A stretch of 64,000 nt of DNA from Camelus dromedarius (lineage: Eukaryota). Positions 50,486 through 64,000 of this stretch are shown one piece after another (the stretch's first letter is position 1; each line of letters starts with the position of its first letter). The position numbers were made by a program, and so were the translations under genes. A model generated the notes under the pieces. That model saw nothing but the letters and a program-made list of their open reading frames with translations. It made no database searches and had not been told where the DNA came from. The stretch covers positions 70,930,001-70,994,000 of the forward strand of contig NC_087436.1 of assembly GCF_036321535.1 (NCBI RefSeq), read 5' to 3'.

Positions 50486-53400
50486 AATTGAGTTACAGGT
50501 TGAGCTTGTGGCAATGACTCTCAGAACAACATGATATAATTGGTTCATCAAGAGAGCTACTACCTCCACAAAGATTAGCAAGCAAGGAAAACAGGAAACC
50601 AATACTACAGATGGTGACTACAGGGTCACATGACCTCTGCATAATCTTTGCCAGCATAGAGAATGCCCCATGCCCTAACTCTTGACACACATTAAGCTAA
50701 GGACTAGAACCTGGGACTTCTGTTACAACTGCAACACAAAAACCCAATACACTCAAATTTGGGCTTGCCAGCAGAAAGAACAAAAGTGAGTCTTTCCCTC
50801 ATCAGGCTGAATTTTGCTTCCAGACTTTATGAGGATACATTTGTTCAGTGGAATCTAGGTCATGTGTTGAAACTGAACGGCAATGGGATTTGTGAAATGT
50901 GTCTTCAGATTTCCAGCCTCTAGCTGAAGATACACTGCAGGGGTGGTGAAATTAAGCTGAATGAGCCAGTCTTTATCATCTGCCACAATTTCCAGGTCCT
51001 CTTATTTGCTGACAGAAAAGTTTTTATCCCTTTTCTCTATTATAGACAGTGCACCCATGTATGTAACTGCCGCCCTTATATCTTCCCGTGAACATCCTAC
51101 AGGTACCTCCCACTTGCACGAGTCTTCTCATGTTCCAGCATATGTTCCATCTCAGTGAATAACCAGCCATTCAACTTTGCTTTCCCCCTCCCCTTCTCTC
51201 TCATGCTCTTCATCTAGTCAGTCAACAGTTTCTGTTGCCTCCATCTCCCAACTTCTGTAGACCCTTCCACATATCTTCATCATCGTTGCCCCTGTTCAAA
51301 CTGAGGTTTAATCATCTCCAATTTCCTCTACTGATTACCTGTAACATACTTGAAATCATTTTAGATTCTCATAATATACTTCCCCATTTATTCTTCATTG
51401 ACAGGTCAGTGTTCTTACTCTCCTTTTCAACTGGGGTGTCTGATGCTTAAAGGGAATAATCAATTGTTGAAGGTCATACAACTCAAAAATTGTGGAACAG
51501 AATTTAAACTTTAATCTCTTTGGTTGCTAGTCTTATGTTCTTAAGTGATGGTCCGTTTCTGTAGCTGTGCTCCCTGAATCGTCTGGAGCACTTAAAATAC
51601 AGATTCATACGTTTCACCACAAACACTCTGAATCACAATGGCTGGGCTTTCTTTCCAGGGATTTGTTTGCTCTAAAATCTAAGGTGATTGTGTTCAATCT
51701 CTTCTCCATATGTACAATAGGAATTTTGGAGCAAGGATTTTCAGATACGTTTTTATTGGCAGAATTGCTTTATCAAATAATCTATAAAGTTACTCTATAT
51801 ATTATAAATACATATAAACATACATAGAATATATATGATATGTATGGATCTACCTACTGACCAATATATCTAAAACTAAGTATCATATAATATATATCTG
51901 TCTACTGATACATCTGCTGATCCACCTACTTATTTATCTTTCTATCTATTTATATCATAGCTGTTTGATTAGAGCTGTAAAGGGATGCCAAGCTACAAAT
52001 GTTCAACTCACCTTGCATAGATGATCCTAAAGTATGTCCACTGAAAACAGCTGTCCTTGAAGACCTGTGATATCTTTTCCATCTTTGAATTAATGTGCCT
52101 CTAAGAGTGCTGGCACTCTGGGAATATACAAATGAGGAGTGAATACCACCCCATACTCCAGCCCCTCTACCCCACCACAGTGCCACCTCTGCATCTTCAC
52201 AAACACAGCATTACTTATGATTTTGTTTTTCTTACTCTCCATTATCCTTTATTCAGTGGTTCTTGGTGGGGAGAATGGCATGAGAAATTTAAGGAATGAT
52301 CATCATTATTATAACATTTGCTTTTGGTTCTCCATTTTTTTTTCATAGTTTACATAGCCCTTTCAGAACTATCATTTTATATATTCCTGACAATTACTCA
52401 TATAGAAATTATTGATCCATGACATGTATGGTAAGACTTGGCTCTACCTGACCTAAAACCATTAGTCAACTTACTCTTCCTGCATCCCCAACCACCCTCA
52501 ATCTGCAATCATTCACAGCTCAATATTTCCCTCAGCTCCCATTCTCAGCATAGGTGCATAACCTTTCATTCATTCATTCATTCAATCACAGACAGACTCT
52601 TACTAACCAGAGGTTTGGGGTTTGGGGCTTTTAGCTCCACACCCAGTAAGGTAACACCTGTTTAGACATCATGTACATACATCAGAATTCCTAGGTTACC
52701 TCAGAATCCTGTGGCTACCCAATCTTTATTAGCTGTGGCTTCCACATGTGCAAGGGGTTTCCAGTATACCCTGGTTGGAGCAGGATGTCAGCTCAGTGGA
52801 ATTTCAGCTGTTGACCCCAGATGGGCTTGGGAATAAACTCATGGGAGTAGTAAGGCATCACCAACAAGGACTTTAAAATCTTTGAAGGCTAGAAGCACCT
52901 TTCTCTTCTCTCATTTTTAAACATCAGAAAAGCTTATAAGATTTTTCAAATAGGTTCTTTTCTTAATTGAATGAATAGGATACATATTTATTTCATACCT
53001 CTTATTTGTAAAATATTAGCAGGAGTTTGGGGGATATTCAGATGAAGTAGATGCATCCTGTCTTTAAGGATTACTTTACATCTAGTGTGTAGAGTCAAGA
53101 GAAAAATGATGAACAGTAAAGAGTGACTAAGTATCATACATGGGGATATAGGGTCCTCAGGGGTCTCTTCTGTGGACTAATCTCAACAGGATACCCATCG
53201 TGGATAGTCCATACTCAGCCTAGGGGTGTAGGATGGGTAAAGAGGTTGGACAGACGATCTGGAGAATCAAAGACAGAATGTCTAGAACAGTGAACAACTG
53301 AAGGCTCTTGAAAAGGCTATAACATGTTCTTACTATGCTACAAGAAGGTGAGCGGCAGGGAACTAAGCACAGAAAAAAATTAGAAAGCTTTAGCCAAAGG

Positions 53401-54239
53401 CAGTTAAGAAAAGATAATTTCTCTGCAGTGATATCTTAATAGAACTTGGAAACCTTCCATTTTATTAGCCAAATAATTGGGCCAAAATGAAAATTTCTGC
53501 AAGTATTTATGTCTGCAGTGCTATTATCTAATTTTCTATGTATCATGATTCAGATACCACAATCAGAAGATAGCATTCTCTCATAAACTTATTCTTTCTA
53601 CAGCTTCAGTAAATTCTTGATGAAATTTGTATATTAAATTAGTGAAACCTTATAGAATACATAAAATTATAATCTTTTAGGTATCTGTCAATGGATATGA
53701 AAATTTCAGATTAGGTTTTTTATACAAAGTAGAAAGTTTACAGAATTATGTCAAAACCTCCCAGACATACTTTTGGAAATTGAAATTAACTCATCCACAC
53801 AGGTCGTATTAATTGATGACTCAGATCAGACAATTCTCTGTTGGAATATAAAAATTTACAAAATGAAGAGAAGTGGCCTGGCTGTACTTGCCAATAAGCT
53901 TCATATTTTCAACATGTTGTTATCAGTTGACTTAGGAAGCAAAGTGAACTCTGCTGAGAATCATAGTAAGATTTCCAAATTAACGACTCTTGCTGGTCTT
54001 CTAAAGATCTCTAGATTGAATCTTTCAAAATTCACTTCCCATACAGTTCTGTAACTGATGAGGGTGTGATCAGTTTAGAAATACCATTTACTTAACAGGT
54101 GCCCTGTCATTTGTTAAGAATAATGGGATTGGAAAGAGAGCAACAGTTAATTGTGTGGAAAAGGATGGCTCTCAGTTGCTCCTTGTTAATGTTCTGTTCT
54201 TAAATATCTATTTTTGGTCTTTTAAAAAATTCTAGTCTA

Positions 54240-54905
54240 CGGCAGTCCATTTCTTCTAGTAGTTCAGGCCAATTAGGCCCTACTCTTTCCCTTATAAGCT
54301 CAATTACTCAGCAGATTCTACAGAGTCAACCTCCAAAATGTCCAGAATCTGACCATTTCTCACTTCTGCTGCCACCTTGGTTCCAGCCACCATCATATCT
54401 CTTACGTATCACTGCAACCACCTCCTCAGTGGAGGATGCCCCTTCTGCCCTTCCCTAGCTCAGCAGCCAGCGTGTAAAATGAGTCAAATCATGTCCTACT
54501 CCAGTCTCTCAATGACTTATAAGGTTCTACATGTGCTGACCTCCGCTCTGAGTTTATTTCCTATTACTACATTCAAGCCACATTGGCCTAGCTGTTCCCT
54601 CTTGAAGATATTTATACAGGCCCAGAGCACTTTTTCCATACCTCTCCTTCTCCAAATTCACTTTCTTTGCTGTTTTTCTCTCCATGAGTACTATGTTATG
54701 TTATCAACATCTAACATAATACAGATTTCCTGTATATATTTGTTTTTTGGTTTATTGTCTGTTTCTGTGACTAGAATGTAAGCCAAGAGAGGAAGGGTGT
54801 TTTTCACCCTTTTATCCCCCAGAACTTAAAGCAATTCCTATAAAATAGTGAGTGCCCAAAACAAACTGAAAAAAGCCAAAATCTTTGTTGAATGTAGTCA
54901 ATGAA
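54240..54905 (+). mobile_element. L2 3' portion
   Basis: ccagaatctgaccatttctcac...gccaccatcatatctctt...ctagaatgtaagc...tttgttgaatg. Confidence 0.8.
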
Positions 54906-56949
54906 TAACAAATATAATAAAGGTGTACTTATTTTTGAGGCATTCTGGAATATTTTAAGTAAATGAAAAATATTAAAAGCAAACATATGTACAGGAATGA
55001 TATGTTTTCTGTATCTATCTGCCTCCCTTCCTTCATTCCATTCATCCACCTACTTACCTACATGAGACCCATGGTGTAATTGGAAGTAGAGGGGACTGAA
55101 GATACAAACCAGCCTCTGGGTAATACACAGACCCTGTACTCCTTTGACACTCTTGAGTTACCAGGCCATCCACAGTGATGACAGTTCAGCTTGGCAGACT
55201 GTTGACTGTTTTTTAAATGTGCCCTGCCCTTAACTGTGACTATAAAGAGAAGGCTGACTATCTTTTTTGGGGTTGTGACTTACAAGATCTATGAATGTCA
55301 GTGCCTCTGGTACATTAATCATATTCCTAACCTCCGATCTGATGGATCGATTGATACTATGGCCCTTATGTGTACTTTACACGTTATTAGACTTGGGATA
55401 TATAATCTTTCCTACTGTTTTTGTTGAATATTAAAATTGAATATTAAACTATATATACTAACAATATGACTTCCCATAGTTTTACCATGCAAAATTTCCC
55501 TCTTGTTTTTATAGATTTTGTTCCCCCAAAATATATATATATTGTAAGTAATGAGTAGTAAATACTGTAAATGTAAATGCACTTGGGAATTATTTTTGTC
55601 TTCTCTACAAACTACAGTTAGAAGAGAAGATTCACTTTTTCCCAGGCTGATCTGACTACTTCCAGTTCTTCTTCATGTAACTTGTATCTTTGGAGCCACC
55701 AGAAGTTTATGCGTTTAAAATTGTGCTCTTTTGACCTTATAGTACTCATAACTTGCTTGTAAATTTATTAGTAAGTTTTCCATACCATATAATTTTTAGC
55801 TTAAATTTTTCTAGAATTCAATTCGACAGGGAAAATGTTCTGAATTTTCTTACATTTTTATTGCTATTGATTTATCTCTTAGGTCTATGAATGTACACTC
55901 TATATCTATCTAAACTTATTTTAGAACAGTTTTGATTTCCAAAAAATTGCAGAGTACAGAGTTCCCATATCTTGCACATCTATTTCCCTGTATTGTGAAT
56001 ATCTTACATTGATTTCACCATTTTAAATTTGTTAACCTTTCCTTCTGTCCTGTTTATAGTCAATTTTTATATAAAGTTCCTTTTATGTTGAAAAGAATGT
56101 ATACTCTTCAGTGACTGATGCAATTTTTATTGGCCATCGCCAGGTACTGGAGATGCTACATATCCATATCCACCATATCCACTTTAAATAACGTCTTAGG
56201 CTTGAGGTTCCTTGGACCACTCAATGACAAGTGGGCTAAAAGTCCTTACGAAGGCTGTTTTACTTTCGGTTCATTATCACCTGGATAAAATGCCTGATGG
56301 CTTATCAAGGTCTTCCATTTAAGTTGACAGTGGTCTTTGAAGATTCCCCCAGTCCTTCTGAGGCTGACACACTGCAGCTCAATTTTACAGCAGTCTCTCC
56401 TGGATGTGCAGATAGTGTCAGGGTAAACAAAGCTTGGAGCCATGTTTGCCTCTCTGATTCTATCTTCTCCTGAGATTTTGGCCTGTTAATTGCTTGCAGT
56501 CTCATTAATATTTGGAGAGGAAGCATTTTTTACACCATTCAGCAAAGAAGGAGTTTAAATTGTCTGATTTTTTAGTCAAAGAGGCAAAAAACCTGATTAT
56601 TCTTTCTTTATTTCTGTTGTAGCTCTAGTTTTGTGTGCTGTCTCAATTCAAATATTTTTCTTGATTAATTTTTCTAAATGTTTGCCAATTTTATTAATAT
56701 TTTTTATTTTTTGTGTGTTTATTGAATGTCTTCATTGTATTTTTGCTCTCTGTTGTAACAGATTCTTGCTTTTATCTGTAGTTTCTTTATTCATATATTT
56801 TAGAGATTTATCTTCAAATTACTTGCTTTCCTTTTTTGATATGTGAATGAAAAGTAATAATTTGTTCCTTTGGTGCTTTAAGGCATCTCATTAGTTTATA
56901 AATGATGTGTTTTTATCATTCAGTTCTAAACATTTGTAGTTCTCGTAAG

Positions 56950-59190
56950 ATTTATTTAGTGGTGTGGTTTATTTAGTTGCATCTTTTCAATATACATAAA
57001 ATAGGAGAATAGTATAATGAATCCCCATGGACAATCACTCAGCTTCAATAATTATCAGTCTTGTTAATCATATTTCAAATATCCCTGCTCACTACTTCCC
57101 TTCCACTGGATTATTTTGAAGCGTATCTAAGATTTCAAATTATACCTTTATTAAATACCTCAATATGAAGTTCAAAAGATAAGACTTTTTTTTTTAAATA
57201 ACATAATCACAATGCCATTATCACAGCTAAAATTTAATCAAGGTATCTTTTAAAAATTTTTTATTGAGTTATAGTCATTTTACAGTGTTGTGTCAAATTC
57301 CAGTGTAGTGCACAATTTTTCAGTTATACATGAACATACATATACTCATTGTCACATTTTTTTCGCTGTAAGCTACCACAAGATCTTGTATATATTTCCC
57401 TGTGCTATACAATATAATCTTGTTTATCTATTCTGCACATGCCTGTCAGTATCTACAAATTTTGAAATCCCATTCTGTCCCTTCCCACCCCCTCCCCCTT
57501 GGCAACCACAAGTTTGTATTCTATGTCTAGGAGTCTGTTTCTATTTTGTTCTTATGTTCTTTTTTTTTTTTTAGATTCCACATATGAGCAATCTCATATG
57601 GTATTTTTCTTTCTCTTTCTGGCTTACTTCACTTACAATGCCATTCTCCAGGGACATCCATGTTGCTGCAAATGGTATTATATTGTCATTTTTTATGGCT
57701 GAATAGTATTCCGTTGTATAAATATACCACATCTTCTTTACCAGTCATCTGTTGATGGGCATTTAGGCTGTTTCCATGTCTTGGCTATTGTAAATAGTGC
57801 TGCTGTGAACATTGGGGTGCAGGTGTCTTTTTGAAGTAGGGTTCCTTCTGGATATATGCCCAGGAGTAGGATTACTGGGTCATATGGTAAGTCTATTCCT
57901 AGTCTTTTGAGGAATCTCCATACTGTTTTCAGGAAACCATAAGTAAAACAAAAAGACAACTTATGGAATGGGAAAAAAGTTTTGCAAACGATGAAACCAA
58001 CAAAGGCTTGATCTCCAGAATATATAAGCAGCTCATACGACTTAATGAGAAAAAAACAAACAACCCAATCCAAAAATGGGCAGAAGACCTAAACAAGCAA
58101 TTCTCCAAGGAAGAAATACAAATGATCAATAGGCACATGAAAAAATGCTCAGTATCACTAATCATCAGAGAAATGCAAATCAAAACTACGATGAGGTTAT
58201 CATCACACCCGTCAGAATGGCCATCATTCAAAAGTCCACAAATGACAAATTCTGGAGAGGCTGTGGACAAAAGGGAACCCTCCTACACTGCTGGTGGGAA
58301 TGCAGTTTGGTGCAGCCACTGTGGAAAACAGTATGGAGATTCCTCAAAGTATCTTAATATTATCAAATAGTGCTCAAATCTTCCCTATTGTCTCACATTT
58401 TTTCTTACCAATTGGCTTGTTTGAATCAATATTCAAACATAGGTCATTTGGTGGATGTGACTCTTATATCTCTTAATCTATATGTTCCCTTCCCTTTTTC
58501 TTCTTTTCAACTTATTTATGGAAGAAACTAGTCATCTGGCCAGTGTATTTTCCCGTATTCTGAATTTTGCTCATGTCATGTTCCTCTGTGTCTGTATTTC
58601 CTATAAACTTAGATCTTGAGGCTTTATATATAAGGTTTGATTTTCTTCAGAGAACATCAACCATAGTGGTGTGTATTTCGTATTGCATCATGTCAGGAGG
58701 TGTATAATATATGATTATCTCTTTTTAAAATGTCAAAACTGATCAAGGAATTCAGGTATTTTCAGGGTGATCTAGTCACTGTAATGTCTTTCATCTGCCC
58801 TTCCATGGTTTTAGCTGCCACTAACCATCATTATGTAGGTCCTATATTTTGTTAGATCTTACAAAATGGTAATATCCTAATTCTAGTACTTTTAGTACTT
58901 TCTAGCACTTCTAGCCACTTTTTACATTCTAATTCTATAACTTCTTATTAGCTGGGATATTTCTATAAAGGTGAACTTTCTGTCATTAACTATTCAGTTA
59001 CCCTAAGGTATAATTTGTGTAGGAAAGGCAGCATAAATACTTAATATTTTCCTTTTATTTATAAATTTCAGAATAATAATTTGATTCCTTAGCATCTCCA
59101 AAGGTGAACATAAAACTTAAAAAAATAAATACCATTATGAATTTGTGAATTTTAACGTACCTGATGCGCTACAATTCACTGCAGTTCTTT
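56950..59190 (-). mobile_element. Old L1M 3' UTR hosting a younger L1
   Basis: gagaatagtataatgaatcccc...ggattattttgaagc; resumes after 58355. Confidence 0.7.
57250..58346. mobile_element. Young 5'-inverted (twin-primed) L1 insertion
   Basis: Minus arm 57250-57930, plus arm 57931-58346 with open ORF2 piece (57963..); TSD-like aggtatctt / aagtatctt. Confidence 0.9.
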
Positions 59191-59279
59191 TTTTTTTTTT
59201 TTTTTTCTAGTTGAGTTTGGTGAAAGAGCGGCTCGGCTGCGAGCTACTTCATTTTACCTGGTAGCAAAAGTTCTGATTC

Positions 59280-59845
59280 ATTTTTAATGTATATTTTACA
59301 CTGAAAATTAACATCTGTATATACGTCTGCAAATCATAAATAAATAACTTAAAGCAGCACCACTTTCTTACATCCAGGAGTGTTCCAAGGGCAACCTGTC
59401 CTGAATTCTAACACTGTGGCTAACTTTTGACCAGTTTTTTATATCGATAAAAGTGACTTCATATAGTATGTACCTTTTTGTACTTGTTTTCCTTCATTCC
59501 ACATTAATTTGGGGAAGTTCGTCTCTGTTGCTCCATGTAGTAATACTTTGTTCATTCTTGTTTTTGTGTTATATTCCATGTATAAATATGCCACTTTTTA
59601 GTTATCCATTCTGTGCTGGGGAGTATAGGGTTATCATCAGGTTTTGGCTATAAGAATAACACTACCATGGACAATGTTGATGAACATATTTACTCATTGG
59701 AGGCATACCTAGGAGTGGAATTTCTGAGTTATAGGAGATATATATAGAGAGAAGATATTACACACACATAAATATAGTATAGCAAAGTGTATGTGTTTCA
59801 TTTATAGTACATATTGCTCAACAGTTTTCCAAAGTATTCATACCG
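59280..59845 (-). mobile_element. Old L1M 3' fragment
   Basis: atacctaggagtggaatttctgagttatagg; acagttttccaaagt. Confidence 0.75.
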
Positions 59846-62329
59846 CTATTATTCTTTTTAATATTTAATTGTCTCATCTTTGGCTAGGAAAAGCTCCTCT
59901 TTTAGAATGCACACACAAACACACATGCACGCACACAAAATATTTTTAGACGAACAGCACCAGTTTTGTTTTTAACAATGTGATTAGCAAACACAACTGA
60001 AGATTTTCTTGCAGATTTCCTTGTCCACAAGATACAACACACTGGAGATAAACAGTTTTGAACTAACTTGAGATATTTCTCTCTGATTATGCTGTCAACT
60101 AAACCTAAGTCCATTTGTTTCATTTTCCTTCCAAATTCACTTTTTCATTTTGATTTAACTTTCATATTTTATAAGGATATTTTCAAAATGTCTGAAGTCA
60201 TTTTTTTAAAGTCATTGTTTTGTTACTGAATTCTAAAGTAAGTGGCACTTGAGCAGAAAATGAGTTGCATGTAATATTTTAAAACCTGGCCGTTTAGAAA
60301 ACATTTCCTATGTTTTAAAAAATACTGCATATATTCTGATTCTTTGAAGTATAGCATTTTACAGATGTTCATTAGCTCAAACTTATAAATGGCATTGTTC
60401 AAATTTTCTCTATCCTTTCTAAGAAGTGAGGGTCAAATTTTCCAAGCCTGATTCCCTTCAGCTGGCCTACTAGAGAAGGATTATGCCTCTTACCAAGCTC
60501 TCATAAACCAAGTAAATCCAGTTGCTTAAGCCAACAGATCCTGGCTAATCAGAAGACGGGGACCCAGCTCTGACAGTGCCCAGAGGAAGGAGGCCAGCGC
60601 ATACTTAGCCATGAGCACCAGCGTGCAAATCCTGCAACTTGTTCCCATCACATATAGCAGTATCTGCTAGTCTTGGATGCTGGCCCCTGGTCACACCAGG
60701 GGTGGGATGATTATGCTTCTAGTTGTATATGTGGGGCTGGCAGGAGGAACAGCTGGATCCACATTTTCTCACATTATATAGGTTACATCACAACCTATGA
60801 TAACACCAGAGGAATGATTAGTTTTGTTAATGAGCCAGCCTAAAGCCCCATGGCCCAATCATCAGGATCCCTCTGCTGAAGCCTGATGTCTGGCCCTGCC
60901 GGATTGCTCTGTGCTGCATCTTGTGACGGGCAATGGGGGCCATGCAAGCCTGCCATGGATCCTTGTCTTCCTGAGATTTCCCCCAGGGAATGCCAGTTCA
61001 GCAAGCCTTATTTATCTGCCTGAAGGTCATTTGTCTTTGCTTGCATGACATAACTAATTGATTACTGCTTGATCAATCAATTAACTAAAAATATTAAATA
61101 CAATGTCCTACTAGGATACTGATTAGTAAATTCCTTTATATAGGACACAACCAGGCCAGATAATCATGGCTGAGCGTTCTGGCTCTGTGGGGATTTGGGG
61201 CTCTGACAAATGCAGTTGTAGAGACAGCAGGTGGCTTGGCTCCGTTCCTAGAAAGGAGGCTGCTGTCTGCCTGTCTAGCCTCAGTTAGTAGGTGCAGAGA
61301 TTTTTCAGTCTTCTTTGACATAGCCTGGGGCTTGCTAGCTCTAGCTATAAGTAGTGATCCTATTTCTGGCCCACCATTCGCTCCTGTACTATTCTGGTCC
61401 CCTTTGCCCTCTAGGAGCCAAATTCCTGCCTGCCTGCCTCTGTACTAACACTCCAGTAAACCCACAGATGAGCTCCTGCCAAGCTGGGTTGCTCTGGTTT
61501 TCTTTTTAATCTCATTTATCCAAACTTTTTATCTCTTTGGAACAAGTTTTTGAAGGAAAAACCCAATATTCCACATTGATCTCTGCAAATCTGAGGCATA
61601 CTTAGTCATTTTTATTTTCTATGACTTTAACTTTGTTAGCTCCAACTATTTATTCTGTTGCCTTATCATCGGATTTCTTTATATGATTTAGAACTATAGT
61701 TTGGTCTTGACGGGGAAGTTGTCCACTCATCTATTTCACTTTGTGTTCACCCTCCCCTGCCTGGCAGTTCTGAGGCTGTTGTCACCATGCCTCTGAGGCC
61801 TGGGTCTAGAAGCAGGTCTTATATTAGTGGCTCTGCTCTCCCATCCCACAGTTATTTTCTAGATCCAGCAACTGAATGAATCAGCTGGCATTTTGCCCAG
61901 CCCTGATCCAAGTTATCTTTATTTCCTTCTGGCAGATTATACACAGTTCAATCCTGAGTAGGTATCAGACACTTTCAGCTTATTATATGGGTGGGGGAAT
62001 TTTGCCACAGTCCTTACATTCATGAAGCGACACCTCATCTGACCCCTGCGATGGTCTCTCTTCTGCTATACGTACTCACATCTGCCTCCACTGGTTTTAT
62101 GACTCGGGTCCATCAAGGCTTTGACATCAGCTTCAATTTATTGCTCTGTGTTTCTCATCCAAAGAGGCATTTGTCTTGATTTGAATGTAGTGATTTTTCC
62201 AAAAAAAATATGCCTGTCATTGTTATATATTTGGAGTGTTGTGTGCCACAATATAACAGTGCTCAAAACCTTGGTACCTTTAAACAGGACAGAAGAGATA
62301 GCTTGAAGTGGCCCACACTGGCCAAAGCT

Positions 62330-63160
62330 GGGACAGTTAATTAAAGGGTCGAAAATAAAAAATGATAATAATGAATTAAAACCCATTAAATAAAATAAAA
62401 ATCCATCAGTTTATACTGATAATAAATAAGTAAACAAATGGTAGAATATAAACTAAAAATTGTAAAAGGAATGATGAAATTTAAAAGTTACCATAGTGGA
62501 AAGAGAGAAGGTATACAGTAAATGGTAACAATTGTAGAATTTGGGTAATGTTCTTTGTGTTATTCAAACATTGTGTGTGTGAGTTTATTTCAATCAGAAT
62601 GTAAAAACAGCGACATATTAAAAAATTCACAAATTGTGTTGATTCAAGGAATCAAAATTAGGAGATACATAAAAATAAATATAAATCAAATAAATACATT
62701 TAAAGGAGAAAAATATATTTAAAAATCCCAACAGAGCCTGTTAAGAATGTTAGGGAATATTCAACATACATTTGTTAAAAAAAAAAAAAAAGTAGGTGGA
62801 ATAGAAGTGACATACTTTACATGATAAAAGTACCATCTCAAAGCAAAATTTAGCCTTCTGAATATACTAAAATAAAGACTTTCCCATTAAAGTCAATAAA
62901 AAGACCTGAGTATCTGTTTTTATCATAAGTTTTTATATTTTGGATCTATCTTCAATATTATAAGAAAAATGATGAATAGATTTTGAAAAGTCTTTTTTTT
63001 TTCACAGCATATGATTTCTAGAGAAGCAAATATAGGCAGCAGAGAAACTATTCAACTTTTTAAGGTAGTCATTTGTTAATTGCCTATATAAAAATCAGTG
63101 CCATTCTATACATTCATGTAATCATTTTGAAAACACATTGAAAAATAAACGTATGGTAAA
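62330..63160 (+). mobile_element. Ancient L1M remnants
   Basis: A-rich degenerate L1 text (gactttcccattaaagtcaataaaaagac; aaaatcagtgccattctatac). Confidence 0.55.
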
Positions 63161-63354
63161 AACAGGATAAAGCCTTTGAGTTATTGAAGACTTTTAATAA
63201 ATTTACAAAAGGTAGAAAACATGAAAGTTTTACAATTTAGATAAACTGAGATGAGGAAGCCACAGATACGCATACATTATAGAAGTACAGTGGAATTTGT
63301 CTTCAGTCTGCCTGAAAGAGCCTTTAAGAGACTAACAGCTCAGAGTGGGCAGAG

Positions 63355-64000
63355 AGCGAGTTCCTGATGCTGCACCTTCTTGCCAGCATTCGGTATTGTG
63401 AGTGTGTTGAATTTCAGCCATTCTAATAGGTGTGTAGCGGTATCTCACTGTTGTACTAATTCACATTTCCCTGGTGACATATTATGTGGAACATCTCATA
63501 TTGCTGTTTTGTCACCTATGTATCTTCTTTGGAGAATTACCCTTTACGTTTTTGACCCTTTTTAAGAAAAATTGGGTTGTTTTTTTCTTATTGTTCAGTT
63601 TTAAGAGTTCTTTGTAAATTTTCAGTAATAGTTCTTTATCAGATATGTCTTTTGCAAATTTTGTCTCCCAGTCTGTGGCCTGTCTTCTCATTGTCTTGGC
63701 ATTGCCTTTCACAGAGTATAAGTTTTACATTTTAATGAAGTCTGACTTACTAATTATTTCTTTCATGAGTTGTGTTTTTGGCGTTGTATCTAAAAAGCAT
63801 CACCATACCCAGAGTTATCTAGGTTTTTTTCCTATATTGTCTCTGAAGTTTTATAGTTTTGTGTTTTACATTTAGGTCGGTGATTAACTTTGTGTTAATT
63901 TTTGTGAAAGATGTGTATGTGTAGATTCTTTTTTTTTTTTTGCATGTAGATGCCCAGTTGTTATTGCCCCGTTTATTGAAAATACTATCTTTGATCCATT
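63355..64000 (-). mobile_element. L1 ORF2 3' fragment running off the window
   Basis: MRRQATDWETKFAKDISDKELLLKIYKELLKLNNKK. Confidence 0.95.

Noticed and set aside
57963..58370. 135-aa ORF as a host gene
   Set aside because: It is L1 ORF2 C-terminal sequence in the inverted arm.
60600..60680. Gag zinc-knuckle-like CYM*WEQVAGFARWC on minus strand
   Set aside because: Spacing does not fit CX2CX4HX4C, and there is no His or flanking gag similarity.

Overview
AT-rich, CpG-poor mammalian genomic DNA dominated by interspersed repeats: LINE-1 fragments of several ages, L2, MIR, MLT1 and ERV1-type solo LTRs, and MER8/MER5A/MER3 DNA-transposon MITEs. I saw no Alu, B1/B2, Bov-A/BovB, PRE-1, SINEC or ERE elements, and the youngest L1 3' ends resemble camelid L1, so a camelid origin is a tentative inference. 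No intact protein-coding gene, RNA gene or CRISPR array is supported. Most ORF-track entries are L1 remnants or chance ORFs. The main non-repeat signal is a chain of about 16 minus-strand exon-like segments between ~275 and ~24064. They have AG/GT boundaries and intron phases that mostly chain into one reading frame, which is broken by nonsense codons, single-base frameshifts and an apparent L1 insertion inside an exon. This looks like a decayed multi-exon gene (candidate unitary pseudogene) that I cannot assign to a family. It has a hydrophobic segment near its 5'-most exons, an internal peptide repeat and a near-perfect 36-bp inverted duplication. Repeat names are from visual recall of consensus sequences, and boundaries are approximate unless a TSD or splice site is quoted.
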